A DNA stretch of 64,000 nucleotides, from positions 1,400 through 65,399 of the forward strand of contig CANBWK010000004.1 of assembly GCA_947373105.1 (NCBI GenBank), read 5' to 3'. The position numbers and the translations under genes are program-made. This DNA is from Comamonadaceae bacterium. Its GTDB lineage: Bacteria; Pseudomonadota; Gammaproteobacteria; Burkholderiales; Burkholderiaceae_C. Position 1 is the first letter of the stretch, and each line of letters begins with the position of its first letter. The notes under the pieces are model-generated. The model saw nothing but the letters and a program-made list of their open reading frames with translations. It made no database searches and was not told the DNA's origin. This document shows, one piece after another, positions 30,676 to 40,360 of this stretch.

Positions 30676-32385
30676 ATGCATGATTTGATTATTAAAGGCG
30701 GCACATTGGTGGATGGCACTGGAGGTCAACCCTTCACTGCAGATGTGGCCGTAAAAAACGGCCGCGTGGTTGAAGTCGGAAAAATAACGGGTCATGCAAA
30801 AAGAACGATGGATGCCGATGGCCTCATGGTCACCCCTGGCTGGGTCGATATCCATACCCATTACGATGGTCAAGTGAGTTGGGATCCTTATTTATCTCCT
30901 TCCTCATGGCATGGCGTAACCACGGCAGTCATGGGTAATTGCGGTGTTGGCTTTGCGCCAGCTCATGTGCATCAGCGTGAATGGATGATGGAGTTAATGG
31001 AAGGTGTCGAAGATATTCCTGGGGCCGTTCTTTCTGAGGGACTCAAGTGGGAATGGGAGTCGTTTCCCGAATATATGGATGCCATATCCCGAACGCCGAG
31101 AATCATGGACATTGGTGCCCAAATCCCGCATGGCGCTTTACGCGTCTTTGTGATGGGGGAACGCGGTGCCAATCGCGAGGCGGCCACACGGGATGACATG
31201 AAAACGATGGCTGCATTAGCCAAAGAAGCCATAGCGGCAGGTGCCTTGGGCTTTACCTCCTCCAGAACCATTGTTCACCGAACCAAGCGGGGAGCTGCCG
31301 TCCCATCGTTGGGTGTTGACGCGCAAGAACTGATCACTATCGCAAGTGCAATAGGAGAAACAGGTAAAGGTGTTTTGCAATTGATTTCGGATTGGGATGA
31401 TTTGGATGCCGAATTCAATTTAATCCGAGACGTAACGAAGGCCAGTGGTCGGCCCATGTCTTACACCTTGCTGCAACATGACTTTTTACCGCAACGTTGG
31501 CGTGAAGTACTCAAACGCACCGATGCAGCAAGAACCCAGGGCTTGGATATCAAGGCCCAAGTGGCTTGCCGAGGCATTGGCATGATCCACGGCCTTGAGT
31601 GCTCCATGCAGCCCTTTTTCTTAGCACCCTCTTACCAGAAGGTTGCTCATTTACCAGTACCTGAACGTGTACGCGAATTGCTGAACCCTCAATTGCGCGA
31701 TCGCATTCTGATGGAAGCCACCACAGTGCCGGATAACGTCAGGCTGGCAACCATCACACAGCATTTTCACAAATACTTCCCAATATCCGACCACGCGAAC
31801 TATGAACCGTTGCCCGAGGACAGTGTTGCAGGCATCGCCGCAAGCAAAGGCTTATCTGCGGCCGCAGTGGCTTACGACATGATGCTTCAAGACGAAGGGC
31901 GCCAAAAGTTTTATTTTCCTTTGTACAACTACACAGAAAATAATTTGGATGTTGTGCGTGAAATGATGATGCATCCCGCAGCCTTGCTGGGGCTCGGCGA
32001 CGCCGGCGCACATTGCGGTTACATATGTGATGCCAGTTATCCCACTTACCTGATCAAGCACTGGGCTCGCGAGAGAACACGTGGACCCAAACTACCAATT
32101 GAATTTTTGGTGCATGCACAAACACAACGCAATGCACGCGCACTGGGCATGTTTGACCGTGGGGCTTTAGTCCCCGGAATGAAAGCCGATATCAACGTCA
32201 TCAACTTTGATAAATTAGACTTGTCAGCACCTCAAGTGGTCAACGACTTACCCGCAGGCGGCAGACGACTGGTCCAGAAAGCAAGTGGCTATGTGGCCAC
32301 GATGGTCAATGGCCAAGTGGTCATGGAAGAAGGCGAATCGACAGGGGCATTGCCTGGACAATTGGTGAGGAGCACTCAGTCTTGA
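30676..32385 (+). CDS. Amidohydrolase, N-acyl-D-amino-acid deacylase family
   Basis: IKGGTLVDGTG, PGWVDIHTHYDGQ, HGVTTAVMGNCG, GLGDAGAH, GMKADINVI. Confidence 0.85.
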   Translation: MHDLIIKGGTLVDGTGGQPFTADVAVKNGRVVEVGKITGHAKRTMDADGLMVTPGWVDIHTHYDGQVSWDPYLSPSSWHGVTTAVMGNCGVGFAPAHVHQREWMMELMEGVEDIPGAVLSEGLKWEWESFPEYMDAISRTPRIMDIGAQIPHGALRVFVMGERGANREAATRDDMKTMAALAKEAIAAGALGFTSSRTIVHRTKRGAAVPSLGVDAQELITIASAIGETGKGVLQLISDWDDLDAEFNLIRDVTKASGRPMSYTLLQHDFLPQRWREVLKRTDAARTQGLDIKAQVACRGIGMIHGLECSMQPFFLAPSYQKVAHLPVPERVRELLNPQLRDRILMEATTVPDNVRLATITQHFHKYFPISDHANYEPLPEDSVAGIAASKGLSAAAVAYDMMLQDEGRQKFYFPLYNYTENNLDVVREMMMHPAALLGLGDAGAHCGYICDASYPTYLIKHWARERTRGPKLPIEFLVHAQTQRNARALGMFDRGALVPGMKADINVINFDKLDLSAPQVVNDLPAGGRRLVQKASGYVATMVNGQVVMEEGESTGALPGQLVRSTQS

Positions 32386-32397
32386 CCTGATCTCAAC

Positions 32398-33042
32398 CTA
32401 TGAATGGGCAGACCGGTGGGCTCGCCAAGCGCCCACTAAGGTGATCAAACCTGGGATCAGTATCAATGCCAAGATGATTTTGCTGAGATGGGTTTGTACA
32501 AAAGGCAAATTACCAAAAAAGTAGCCTGCCAGCGTCAAACTCACGACCCAAATCAAGCCGCCCACCACATTGAAACTGGTGAACTTACTGCGCGTCATGG
32601 CGGCCACACCCGCGACAAAAGGCACAAAAGTCCTGATAAAGGGCATGAAGCGGGCCAAGATGATGGTAATGCCTCCATATTTTTCATAAAAAGCATGGGC
32701 TTTCTCAAAGGCAGACTTGTTGAAAAAGCGCGAGTCTTCCCACTGAAAAACCTTGGGCCCGAAATAGTGGCCAATGCTGTAATTGACCTGATCACCCGCA
32801 ATGGCCGCCACAATAAGGACACCCATGGCCAGCGGCAAGCTCATCAAATCGGCCCCGCACAGGGCCCCCACAATGAACAACAAGGAGTCCCCCGGCAGGA
32901 AAGGCATGATCACCAAGCCGGTTTCGACAAACACAATCAAAAAAAGCAAGGCATAAACTGCCACGCCGTATTGCGTCACAAAATCCCTCAGGTGCACGTC
33001 CACATGAAGGATGAAATCAATCAATTGCATAAGCAGGTCCAT
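32398..33042 (-). CDS. dedA: DedA-family membrane protein
   Basis: LIVFVETGLVIMPFLPGDSLLF, AAIAGDQVNY, LARFMPFIRTF. Confidence 0.92.
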   Translation of the reverse strand: MDLLMQLIDFILHVDVHLRDFVTQYGVAVYALLFLIVFVETGLVIMPFLPGDSLLFIVGALCGADLMSLPLAMGVLIVAAIAGDQVNYSIGHYFGPKVFQWEDSRFFNKSAFEKAHAFYEKYGGITIILARFMPFIRTFVPFVAGVAAMTRSKFTSFNVVGGLIWVVSLTLAGYFFGNLPFVQTHLSKIILALILIPGLITLVGAWRAHRSAHS

Positions 33043-33082
33043 CTCCCGATTATCTCTTGTGTTCAGGGCCTACAATTTGCTT

Positions 33083-35005
33083 GTGAAAACTGAAATACCT
33101 GAATCGCCCCCCCCCGAGGCCTCCGCGTTGGCGCGTCGCCCCATCCGCGAACTGCCCGATGAGCTGATCAGCCAAATTGCGGCAGGTGAAGTGGTCGAGC
33201 GCCCTGCTTCGGTCGTGCGGGAATTGGTGGACAACGCCTTGGACGCAGGCGCCAGCTATATCACTCTGCGACTCTTGGCAGGCGGCACACGTTTGATCTC
33301 AGTGGAAGACGATGGCGCTGGCATCGCATCAGAAGAGCTGCCGGTTGCTTTAAAGCGCCATGCCACCAGCAAAATAGGCAGCCTAGAGGACCTGGAATCA
33401 GTGGCCACAATGGGCTTTAGGGGTGAGGCTTTAGCCGCCATCAACTCCGTCTCTGAAATGTCTTTGCTATCCCGCTGCGAGGGGCAAAACATCGCCTTCA
33501 TTTTGGAGGGTCGCACCGGCGAATTGCGGCCAGCGGCAAGGGCCTTCGGCACCACGGTGGAAGTGAAAGAGTTGTTTTTTTCCACCCCTGCCCGTCGTAA
33601 ATTCCTCAAATCCGACAGCACCGAGTTGGCCCATTGCATCGAAGCCGTTCGCCGCCATGCTCTCGCACGTCCTGATGTCGGATTCGCCATATGGCACGAG
33701 GGCAAGCTGATCGAACAATGGCGCAGCCACCCCGGGCCTGCGGGGCTCGAGCAACGTTTGAGCGATGTACTGGGGGAGGATTTTGTTGCCCAGTCTGTGG
33801 CTGTAAACCACCGGAGCGGACCGGTGCAGATCACCGGTCGCGCGGGGGTGCCTGATGCAGCCCGCTCGCGCCCAGACCATCAGTTTGCCTATGTGAATGG
33901 CCGTTTTGTGCGCGACAAAGTTTTGAGCCATGGCGCTCGAAGTGCTTATGAAGACGTGCTACATGGTCAACGTCAGCCCGTTTATGCACTGTATGTTCAC
34001 ATGGACCCTGCGAGGGTGGATGTGAACGTGCACCCTACCAAAATCGAGGTGCGGTTTCGCGATAGCCGTGAGATTCACCAAGCGGTTCGACACGCCATTG
34101 AAAACGCCCTGGCCGTGCCCCGGGCGCAAACCCTCACAGCACAGGCTTTAGGTTCAAGTCCAGGCAATGCAACGGCTCTTGACAGCGCACCACGCTTGCC
34201 AGAGTCTGCCGCATGGACGCAGCGCGGCATGCCACTGGTGACGCCTTCAACGGGCTGGCAACCCCAAGGAGAGACACGTTACAGCCGTCATGTTGCCGAT
34301 TTACAGGCGCTTTGGGGAAAACCACAATCTGACTTCACAGGGACGACTGTCACTGCTGTATTGAGTAAAGATGAACCCCGCACCGAGCCATTTGAAAAGC
34401 CGCCTGAACTGCCGGCAGGGGATTGGCCCTTGGGCCGCGCCATTGCCCAACTGCAGGGTGTTTATGTGCTGGCTGAAAATGCACTGGGACTGATCGTGGT
34501 CGATATGCACGCAGCCCATGAGCGCATTGTGTATGAGCGTCTGAAACAACAACTGACCTCGACGCGCATCAGCAGTCAACCCTTGTTGATTCCAGCCACA
34601 TTTGCCGCTACGGCGAGCGAAGTCGCCACCGCCGAGAGTTGTCATGAATTCTTGGAACAATTGGGTTTGGAAATTTCGCCCCTGTCCGCCAAAACTCTGG
34701 CGGTTCGGGCGGTGCCCACCACCCTGGCCCAAGGCGATGCGGTGGAGTTGGCACGCAGCGTGTTGGCCGAGTTGGCGCAGCATGATGCATCCACCGTGGT
34801 GCAGCGGGCGCAAAACGAAATTCTAGGCACCATGGCCTGTCATGGCGCAGTTCGGGCTAACCGACGACTTACATTGGATGAAATGAACGCATTACTGAGA
34901 CAGATGGAAGAGACTGAACGCTCCGATCAATGCAACCACGGTCGCCCCACTTGGCGGCAAGTCACTATGCGCGAATTAGACACCTTGTTCATGCGCGGTC
35001 GCTGA
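33083..35005 (+). CDS. mutL: DNA mismatch repair endonuclease MutL
   Basis: IAAGEVVERPAS, RHATSK, GFRGEAL, DVNVHPTK, DMHAAHERI, ACH, CNHGRP. Confidence 0.97.
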   Translation: MKTEIPESPPPEASALARRPIRELPDELISQIAAGEVVERPASVVRELVDNALDAGASYITLRLLAGGTRLISVEDDGAGIASEELPVALKRHATSKIGSLEDLESVATMGFRGEALAAINSVSEMSLLSRCEGQNIAFILEGRTGELRPAARAFGTTVEVKELFFSTPARRKFLKSDSTELAHCIEAVRRHALARPDVGFAIWHEGKLIEQWRSHPGPAGLEQRLSDVLGEDFVAQSVAVNHRSGPVQITGRAGVPDAARSRPDHQFAYVNGRFVRDKVLSHGARSAYEDVLHGQRQPVYALYVHMDPARVDVNVHPTKIEVRFRDSREIHQAVRHAIENALAVPRAQTLTAQALGSSPGNATALDSAPRLPESAAWTQRGMPLVTPSTGWQPQGETRYSRHVADLQALWGKPQSDFTGTTVTAVLSKDEPRTEPFEKPPELPAGDWPLGRAIAQLQGVYVLAENALGLIVVDMHAAHERIVYERLKQQLTSTRISSQPLLIPATFAATASEVATAESCHEFLEQLGLEISPLSAKTLAVRAVPTTLAQGDAVELARSVLAELAQHDASTVVQRAQNEILGTMACHGAVRANRRLTLDEMNALLRQMEETERSDQCNHGRPTWRQVTMRELDTLFMRGR

Positions 35006-36213
35006 TGCGGGAAATGCCCCGCCCCCTGGTGGTCTTAATCTTGGCCCTGCTCTTGGGCTTGCAGGCCGTGACCACCGATCTGTATCTGCCCGCCCTGCCC
35101 GCCTTAAAGGAGGATTTGGGCGCGAGCATGCCGCAAGCGCAATTGACGTTAACGGCGCTTCTTTTGGCCTTTGGCATTTCTCAATTATTTTGGGGTCCCT
35201 TGTCAGATCGTTTTGGCCGCAAACCTGTGTTGATCTGGGGCATGGGGGCTTACGTCATGGCGTCAAGTGGCTGCGCTTTTGCGCCTTCGATGGACCTGCT
35301 GATTGTGTGGCGAACCCTCCAGGGCATAGCGATGGGCGCTGCAGTCATGTCGGCCCGCGCCGTGGTTCGTGATCTGTACCCCCCCCTGGATGGCGCGCGG
35401 GTCATGTCTCAAGCCCTGAGTGGCTTGGGCATGATTGCCTGCTTGTGTGCGCCTACTGGAGGGTTTTTGACCGACCATTGGGGTTGGCGTCCCTCCTTGA
35501 TGGTTCTTTCCATCTTTGGTGCCATGACTTGGCTACTGCTGATGTTTCGCTTTCAGGAAACTTTGAAACTTGTTAATCACCAGGCATTTCAACCGCGAAG
35601 CTTGGTCAAGGCCTGGATTGAGATTCTCAAAAACCCCACCTTCCGTGCCTACTGCGCTTTGTCTTCAGTGTCTTATTTGGGCTTGTTCACTTTTCTGGCG
35701 ACTTCTTCGTTCGTCTTTGTGCGGCAATTTCACATGAGCAATACGCAGTATGGACTCATGATGTTGTCCATGTCGTTTTCCTACATTGTGGGCACCTTCA
35801 TTTGCAGATGGCTGCTGTTACGCATGAGTGTTCAGCAAACTGTGGCCTTGGCTTCTTGTCTCACTTTGGCGAGCGGCATCTCGCTGGCACTGTTAGCTTA
35901 CGCAGGTCAGGATCAAGCTTGGTATGGCCCTTTGTCGGTGATGGGGCCTGTGAACATTTTCATGATGGCTCACGGTGTCCATCAGCCTTGCGGACAAAGT
36001 GGTGCGGTCAGCCCCTTTCCCCACATGGCAGGAACCGCTTCTGCACTGAATGGCTTTTTGATGATGTTGGGGGCATTTTTCATGGGAGACTGGCTAGGCG
36101 CTCACATGGACCACCCCAGCTTGGCATTGGCCCAAGGCATGTTGCTTTGGAGTCTGTGCATAGGCGTACTGGCCTGGACCTGGGTGAGGCGTTTACCGCC
36201 TCCAGAACATTGA
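35005..36213 (+). CDS. Bcr/CflA-type MFS drug:H+ efflux transporter
   Basis: [21 protein letters not shown] motif A, RTLQG, AGTASAL; 12 TM pattern. Confidence 0.85.
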   Translation: MREMPRPLVVLILALLLGLQAVTTDLYLPALPALKEDLGASMPQAQLTLTALLLAFGISQLFWGPLSDRFGRKPVLIWGMGAYVMASSGCAFAPSMDLLIVWRTLQGIAMGAAVMSARAVVRDLYPPLDGARVMSQALSGLGMIACLCAPTGGFLTDHWGWRPSLMVLSIFGAMTWLLLMFRFQETLKLVNHQAFQPRSLVKAWIEILKNPTFRAYCALSSVSYLGLFTFLATSSFVFVRQFHMSNTQYGLMMLSMSFSYIVGTFICRWLLLRMSVQQTVALASCLTLASGISLALLAYAGQDQAWYGPLSVMGPVNIFMMAHGVHQPCGQSGAVSPFPHMAGTASALNGFLMMLGAFFMGDWLGAHMDHPSLALAQGMLLWSLCIGVLAWTWVRRLPPPEH

Positions 36214-37172
36214 AAACGCCCTTCCTTAAGCCCCCTGTCGCTCTGGCTTTGGCCGGTCCCACCGCCAGTGGCAAAACAGCCGCCGCCTTGGCTATTGCAG
36301 AACTCTGGCAGCACCAAGGCGGCATTGAAATCATCAGTGTGGATTCAGCGTTAGTCTACCGTGGCATGAACATTGGCACGGCCAAGCCTTCCCATTCAGA
36401 ACTGGCCAGTGTGCCCCACCATTTGATTGACATCCGCGATCCACTGCATGCTTACAGCGCCGCAGAGTTTGTGCGCGATGCAGGGCGGCTCATCGTCGAG
36501 ATCAGCGCCCGTGGCAGCATGCCCCTTTTTGTAGGCGGTACCATGCTGTATTTCAAAGCCTTGCTCGAAGGCCTGAGCGATATGCCACCCGCCGACCCCT
36601 TGGTGCGAGCGACTTTACACGAAGAACTGAATGCGGTCGGCTTGACGGCACTCTACGCACGCCTGGGCGCAGTGGATCCTGTGACCGCTGCCCGCTTGGC
36701 GCCTGCGGATACGCAGCGGATTCTGCGGGCACTGGAAGTATGGCAACTGACAGGCAAGCCGATTTCATCCTTTCAAACGCGCAACGCATCGCTAGGCCCA
36801 AGGGCTGACATCCCTTTGATTTCATTGGAACCCCAAGACCGTGGGTGGCTGCACGAACGCATCGCCCTTCGTTTTGACGAGATGTTGAGCCGTGGTTTTT
36901 TAGACGAAGTCAAAACCCTTCGCGCACGAGGCGATCTCCAATCCGACCTGCCCTCTATGCGCTGCGTGGGTTATCGACAAGCTTGGGAGGCATTAGACAA
37001 CGACTGGCCCCTGTCCGAATTGCGTGACAAAGGGGTTTCTGCCACGCGTCAACTGGCAAAAAGGCAGATCACTTGGTTGCGCAGCATGCCTACACGGCAT
37101 GTCGTCGTAGCCGACCAAGCCCATGCAATGGCGCAGACCATTGCATTGACACAGCAACTGCTTAACCCATAA
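36210..37172 (+). CDS. miaA: tRNA dimethylallyltransferase
   Basis: [49 protein letters not shown]; TTG start overlaps the MFS stop. Confidence 0.95.
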   Translation: MKTPFLKPPVALALAGPTASGKTAAALAIAELWQHQGGIEIISVDSALVYRGMNIGTAKPSHSELASVPHHLIDIRDPLHAYSAAEFVRDAGRLIVEISARGSMPLFVGGTMLYFKALLEGLSDMPPADPLVRATLHEELNAVGLTALYARLGAVDPVTAARLAPADTQRILRALEVWQLTGKPISSFQTRNASLGPRADIPLISLEPQDRGWLHERIALRFDEMLSRGFLDEVKTLRARGDLQSDLPSMRCVGYRQAWEALDNDWPLSELRDKGVSATRQLAKRQITWLRSMPTRHVVVADQAHAMAQTIALTQQLLNP

Positions 37173-37189
37173 GCTTTTGCATGAAAATA

Positions 37190-37606
37190 TCAGTCTAAGC
37201 CTTTGGCGCCTCGGGTCGCTTTGAGGTCTGATCGCTTATTTTTAGATTGCAATCGCTTTTGAACTGAACCGTAACTGGGTTTCGTGGGTTTTCGTTTTTT
37301 AGGCGGCAAAGCCACGCTGTTGACCCACTCATGCAAGCGAGAAAACGCATCCATGCGGTTCATGTCCTGCGTGCGATAGCGCTGTGCCTTCAGCACCAAC
37401 ACCCCCTCCAGCGTGATCCGACTGTCCAGCAAGGCCAGCAACCGGGTTTTCACTGCATCGGACAAAGACGAGTTGGGAATGTCAAAACGAAGTTGAATCG
37501 CACTGGAGACCTTGTTGACGTTCTGCCCACCCGGGCCCTGCGCTCGAATGGCTGTAACTTCAACTTCAGATTCGGGAATGACGAGTGGAATAGACACAAA
37601 AACCAA
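37190..37606 (-). CDS. arfB: Ribosome rescue peptidyl-tRNA hydrolase ArfB (YaeJ)
   Basis: GPGGQNVNKV GGQ motif, QRYRTQ..N, basic tail RKPTKPS...KR; start may be GTG at 37597. Confidence 0.92.
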   Translation of the reverse strand: MVFVSIPLVIPESEVEVTAIRAQGPGGQNVNKVSSAIQLRFDIPNSSLSDAVKTRLLALLDSRITLEGVLVLKAQRYRTQDMNRMDAFSRLHEWVNSVALPPKKRKPTKPSYGSVQKRLQSKNKRSDLKATRGAKGLD

Positions 37607-37683
37607 TAAAAAAACAAGCCAACTTGAATGCGCGGCGAAGCTCGAGCGTACACTTCATAGCTTCTACAAGCAAAGGTGATGAC

Positions 37684-37827
37684 ATGGCCAAAGGTCAACA
37701 AAAAACAAACAAAGAGTCCAAAAAACCAAAAAAGGACACTTCACCTCCTAAGCCACCGAGCGGCGGCGAACCTGTTCGGCCCACCCAAACCACCACCGTG
37801 ATTCCTCGCGGCAAAAAACCTGTCTGA
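37684..37827 (+). CDS. Small Lys/Pro-rich protein (47 aa), unknown function
   Basis: AAAGGTGA Shine-Dalgarno then MAKGQQKTNKESKKPKKDTSPPKP...; fills the gap between arfB and the next gene. Confidence 0.55.
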   Translation: MAKGQQKTNKESKKPKKDTSPPKPPSGGEPVRPTQTTTVIPRGKKPV

Positions 37828-37840
37828 TACACGCGGTGAT

Positions 37841-38872
37841 ATGAAGGGTCGTCTTGATCTGCTGTGGCCAACCTCTGGCTATAGTTTACTGACCACCGAT
37901 GCGAGTGGCCATCTGCTGGTCAGCGATGCTTTTTTGCAGTTCCTGCTGGAGAGGCCAGAGTTGGCGCCGATAGCCTCTTCTTGTGCGCAGGAGTTGGCCT
38001 TGCACGCGTCCTTATGTGAAAACCCGAGGCAATCCATTTCAACCTCAGGACTGGCCGCATTGAAGGACGTGGACGCGGCAGAAAACTATGCCGTGTGGTT
38101 GCGCTTTCGTGATCGTTTATTGGCCAAACCCACACTCGAGGCCAGTTATCTGGCCTTATTTGAAGGTCAGGGCGTTGATGTACCGCCTATCTTGGTCCAG
38201 CACATCACCCAAATTTTGCTTCAGCATGTCCTGGGACCAAACGTCACGCCTATGCAAGCACGTTGTGCAGAAATGCTGTTTCGCACGCAAAAAATTTCCA
38301 TTCTTGAAGGTGGCACCGTGATGGCAGCCGACCTGGAAACCGTAGAACGCCACGCTCAAACAGGCGGTTTTGGCAGCTTAGGCGAATTGCTGAAACAAGG
38401 CGGCATTCCCACCCGCAGCGTCGACTTGGATGTGCTCAATGATGACGAAAGCGCCAACACTTATTGGGAACGCTCAGAACGCTTTGACATGGTGATCTGC
38501 TTAAACCGCGATCAGGCTGCGTTGACCGCTCTATGCGAAGTATTGAAACTTTGGGTTGGACACTTCTTGAACACCCCAGTACGTATTCAAACCGCACGTG
38601 AAATAGTTGATGACCATTGGGTCTGGCATGTCGGCCTGGACGCGCAAGCCAGTAGCGTTCTCAATGACCTGTTCACCGGAGCGGAGGTGGACGAAGAGCG
38701 TATGCGCCGATTGCTTTGCCTGTTCACCTTGGAGTTTGAAGATGCCGGCGATATGCGCAGCGATGTGGCTGGCCATCCGGTGTACCTGGCCATGGCCATG
38801 GATGCAGGCAATCGCCTGAAAATCAAACCTCAAAACTTGCTGCTTAATTTACCTTTGGCTCTGCGCTCCTGA
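37841..38872 (+). CDS. Conserved hypothetical protein (resembles DUF6352)
   Basis: 343 aa; LERPELAP, FRDRLLA.PTLEASY, AEMLFR.Q, WVWHVGLDA, KPQNLLLNLPL recalled from that family; not searched. Confidence 0.65.
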   Translation: MKGRLDLLWPTSGYSLLTTDASGHLLVSDAFLQFLLERPELAPIASSCAQELALHASLCENPRQSISTSGLAALKDVDAAENYAVWLRFRDRLLAKPTLEASYLALFEGQGVDVPPILVQHITQILLQHVLGPNVTPMQARCAEMLFRTQKISILEGGTVMAADLETVERHAQTGGFGSLGELLKQGGIPTRSVDLDVLNDDESANTYWERSERFDMVICLNRDQAALTALCEVLKLWVGHFLNTPVRIQTAREIVDDHWVWHVGLDAQASSVLNDLFTGAEVDEERMRRLLCLFTLEFEDAGDMRSDVAGHPVYLAMAMDAGNRLKIKPQNLLLNLPLALRS

Positions 38873-38891
38873 GCCTGCGGGGGCTTACAGC

Positions 38892-39392
38892 TTATTGCAA
38901 GGGGCCTTTGAGGCTTTCAGGAATGGGCAAAGACATCACTTCGATGCCTTCTTCCATCAAGGATTCGGCTTCTTCTCGCGTGGCTTGTCCGCGGATGCTG
39001 CGTTCCTCAGCCTCGCCGTAATGCATCTTGCGCGCTTCATCGGCAAACTGCGTACCGACATCTTCTGTGTTGGCCAAGACGTGCTTCACCGCATCCAGCA
39101 AAGCAGCTTGCATGCGATGAACGGCCATAGGCGGCACCGAAGGTGGGGTCGCTTGTACAGCGCCTGAAATCGGAGGCGCCTCCACTGCGGCCATGTTGGA
39201 TGCCTGTGACTTCATCGGTTCAACAGCACCTAGATTTAACCTTGGGGCGGAAGGTAGCTTGGAGACTTCGGCATCTCCACATAAGGGGCATGAGACCAAG
39301 CCTCGCGCACGCTGCGATTGATAGTCCTCTTCGGAACCAAACCAACCCTCAAAATTATGGGTCTGACTGCATTGGAGACTCAGTACTTTCAT
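38892..39392 (-). CDS. DUF1178-family protein
   Basis: FEGWFGSE..Y..Q..RGLVSCPLCG..V.K.PSAP, EDVG.QFADEARKMHYGE. Confidence 0.8.
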   Translation of the reverse strand: MKVLSLQCSQTHNFEGWFGSEEDYQSQRARGLVSCPLCGDAEVSKLPSAPRLNLGAVEPMKSQASNMAAVEAPPISGAVQATPPSVPPMAVHRMQAALLDAVKHVLANTEDVGTQFADEARKMHYGEAEERSIRGQATREEAESLMEEGIEVMSLPIPESLKGPLQ

Positions 39393-40024
39393 GGCGCAGT
39401 ATCACTCTTTTTCCAAACCAAGGGCCATAAGGCATCTCGGCCGTGGGTATTCTGTAGCCACAAAGCTCCCGCCAAGGTCTTGGCATCGGTGACTTGGCCC
39501 GTCATGCACCAATGCATCAATTCTTCTATGCTGGCGGTGATCACATCGAGAAACTCACCCGCATCCAATTCACGCTGACCAGCCGTCAATCCCCGTGCAA
39601 ACCAGATCTCAATGAATTCAGTGGAATAAGAAATGACCGGATGCAACACACCCGCTCGGGCCCACTCGCTTGCGATGTAACCGGTTTCTTCTTTTAATTC
39701 GCGCTGAGCGCAAAGAAAAGGGTCTTCTCCTGGGTTTAATTTTCCAGCAGGGAACTCGGTCATCACTTGACCCATGGGGTAGCGGTATTGACGCTCAAGG
39801 ACCAGGCGCACAGAACCATCTGCTTGCGCCAGCATAGGAATCACCATCACGGCCCCGGGATGCAGGACATATTCGCGGCTGGCCGTTCGTTGATCGGGCA
39901 AACTGACCTGATCACGGAAGGCGTGCAAAAAATGGCCACGTAATATTTCTTCGCTACCCAAGCGAACTTCGACCAAATGCCGATCTGCTGAATCAACGAT
40001 GGGAATGATGGAAGTAGCAGTCAT
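39389..40024 (-). CDS. NUDIX hydrolase (ADP-ribose pyrophosphatase-like)
   Basis: HPGAV, ERQYRYP, EFPAGK..PGE....CAQRELKEETG Nudix box. Confidence 0.88.
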   Translation of the reverse strand: MTATSIIPIVDSADRHLVEVRLGSEEILRGHFLHAFRDQVSLPDQRTASREYVLHPGAVMVIPMLAQADGSVRLVLERQYRYPMGQVMTEFPAGKLNPGEDPFLCAQRELKEETGYIASEWARAGVLHPVISYSTEFIEIWFARGLTAGQRELDAGEFLDVITASIEELMHWCMTGQVTDAKTLAGALWLQNTHGRDALWPLVWKKSDTAP

Positions 40025-40054
40025 GTCTAAGCAGCCAGCTTGGCCTTTAAGGCT

Positions 40055-40360
40055 TCAGCCTCGGTGTTTGAGCAAATAACGGAACACAAAACCTGGGAAT
40101 GCCAAAGTCATGAACAGGGTCGCCGTGATCGCATAAAACTCCCAAGCTTGCCGAGCGATTTGCCCCATGGTTTCTTCTAAGAACAAAGCCACTGCGCCGA
40201 CAATCAGGTAGGCGGCAACCAACTCCAGTAAACGCAATCCTAAAGATTTGTGCGAAAGCCGTGGCCCGACAATGGCCCACCTTTGGCTGACGAACGGTGC
40301 ATTGGCGGCCACAAGAGCCAACACAATCACCGCATAGGTGAATAAAGTCTGCTGGATCAA
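40055..40360 (-). CDS. DUF2818-family membrane protein
   Basis: Three TM segments, [20 protein letters not shown]; TTG start overlaps the nuoN stop. Confidence 0.75.
   Translation of the reverse strand: MIQQTLFTYAVIVLALVAANAPFVSQRWAIVGPRLSHKSLGLRLLELVAAYLIVGAVALFLEETMGQIARQAWEFYAITATLFMTLAFPGFVFRYLLKHRG

Noticed and set aside
29381-32390. TGACCTGA occurring at 29381, 29649 and 32383 as possible island boundary repeats
   Set aside because: Only 8 bp, two copies begin at stop codons, and there is no matching copy at the left boundary (24281-24373); compatible with chance.
35802-36209. N-terminal extension of the miaA ORF to 456 aa
   Set aside because: It lies inside the MFS gene in another frame; MiaA homology starts near the TTG at 36210.
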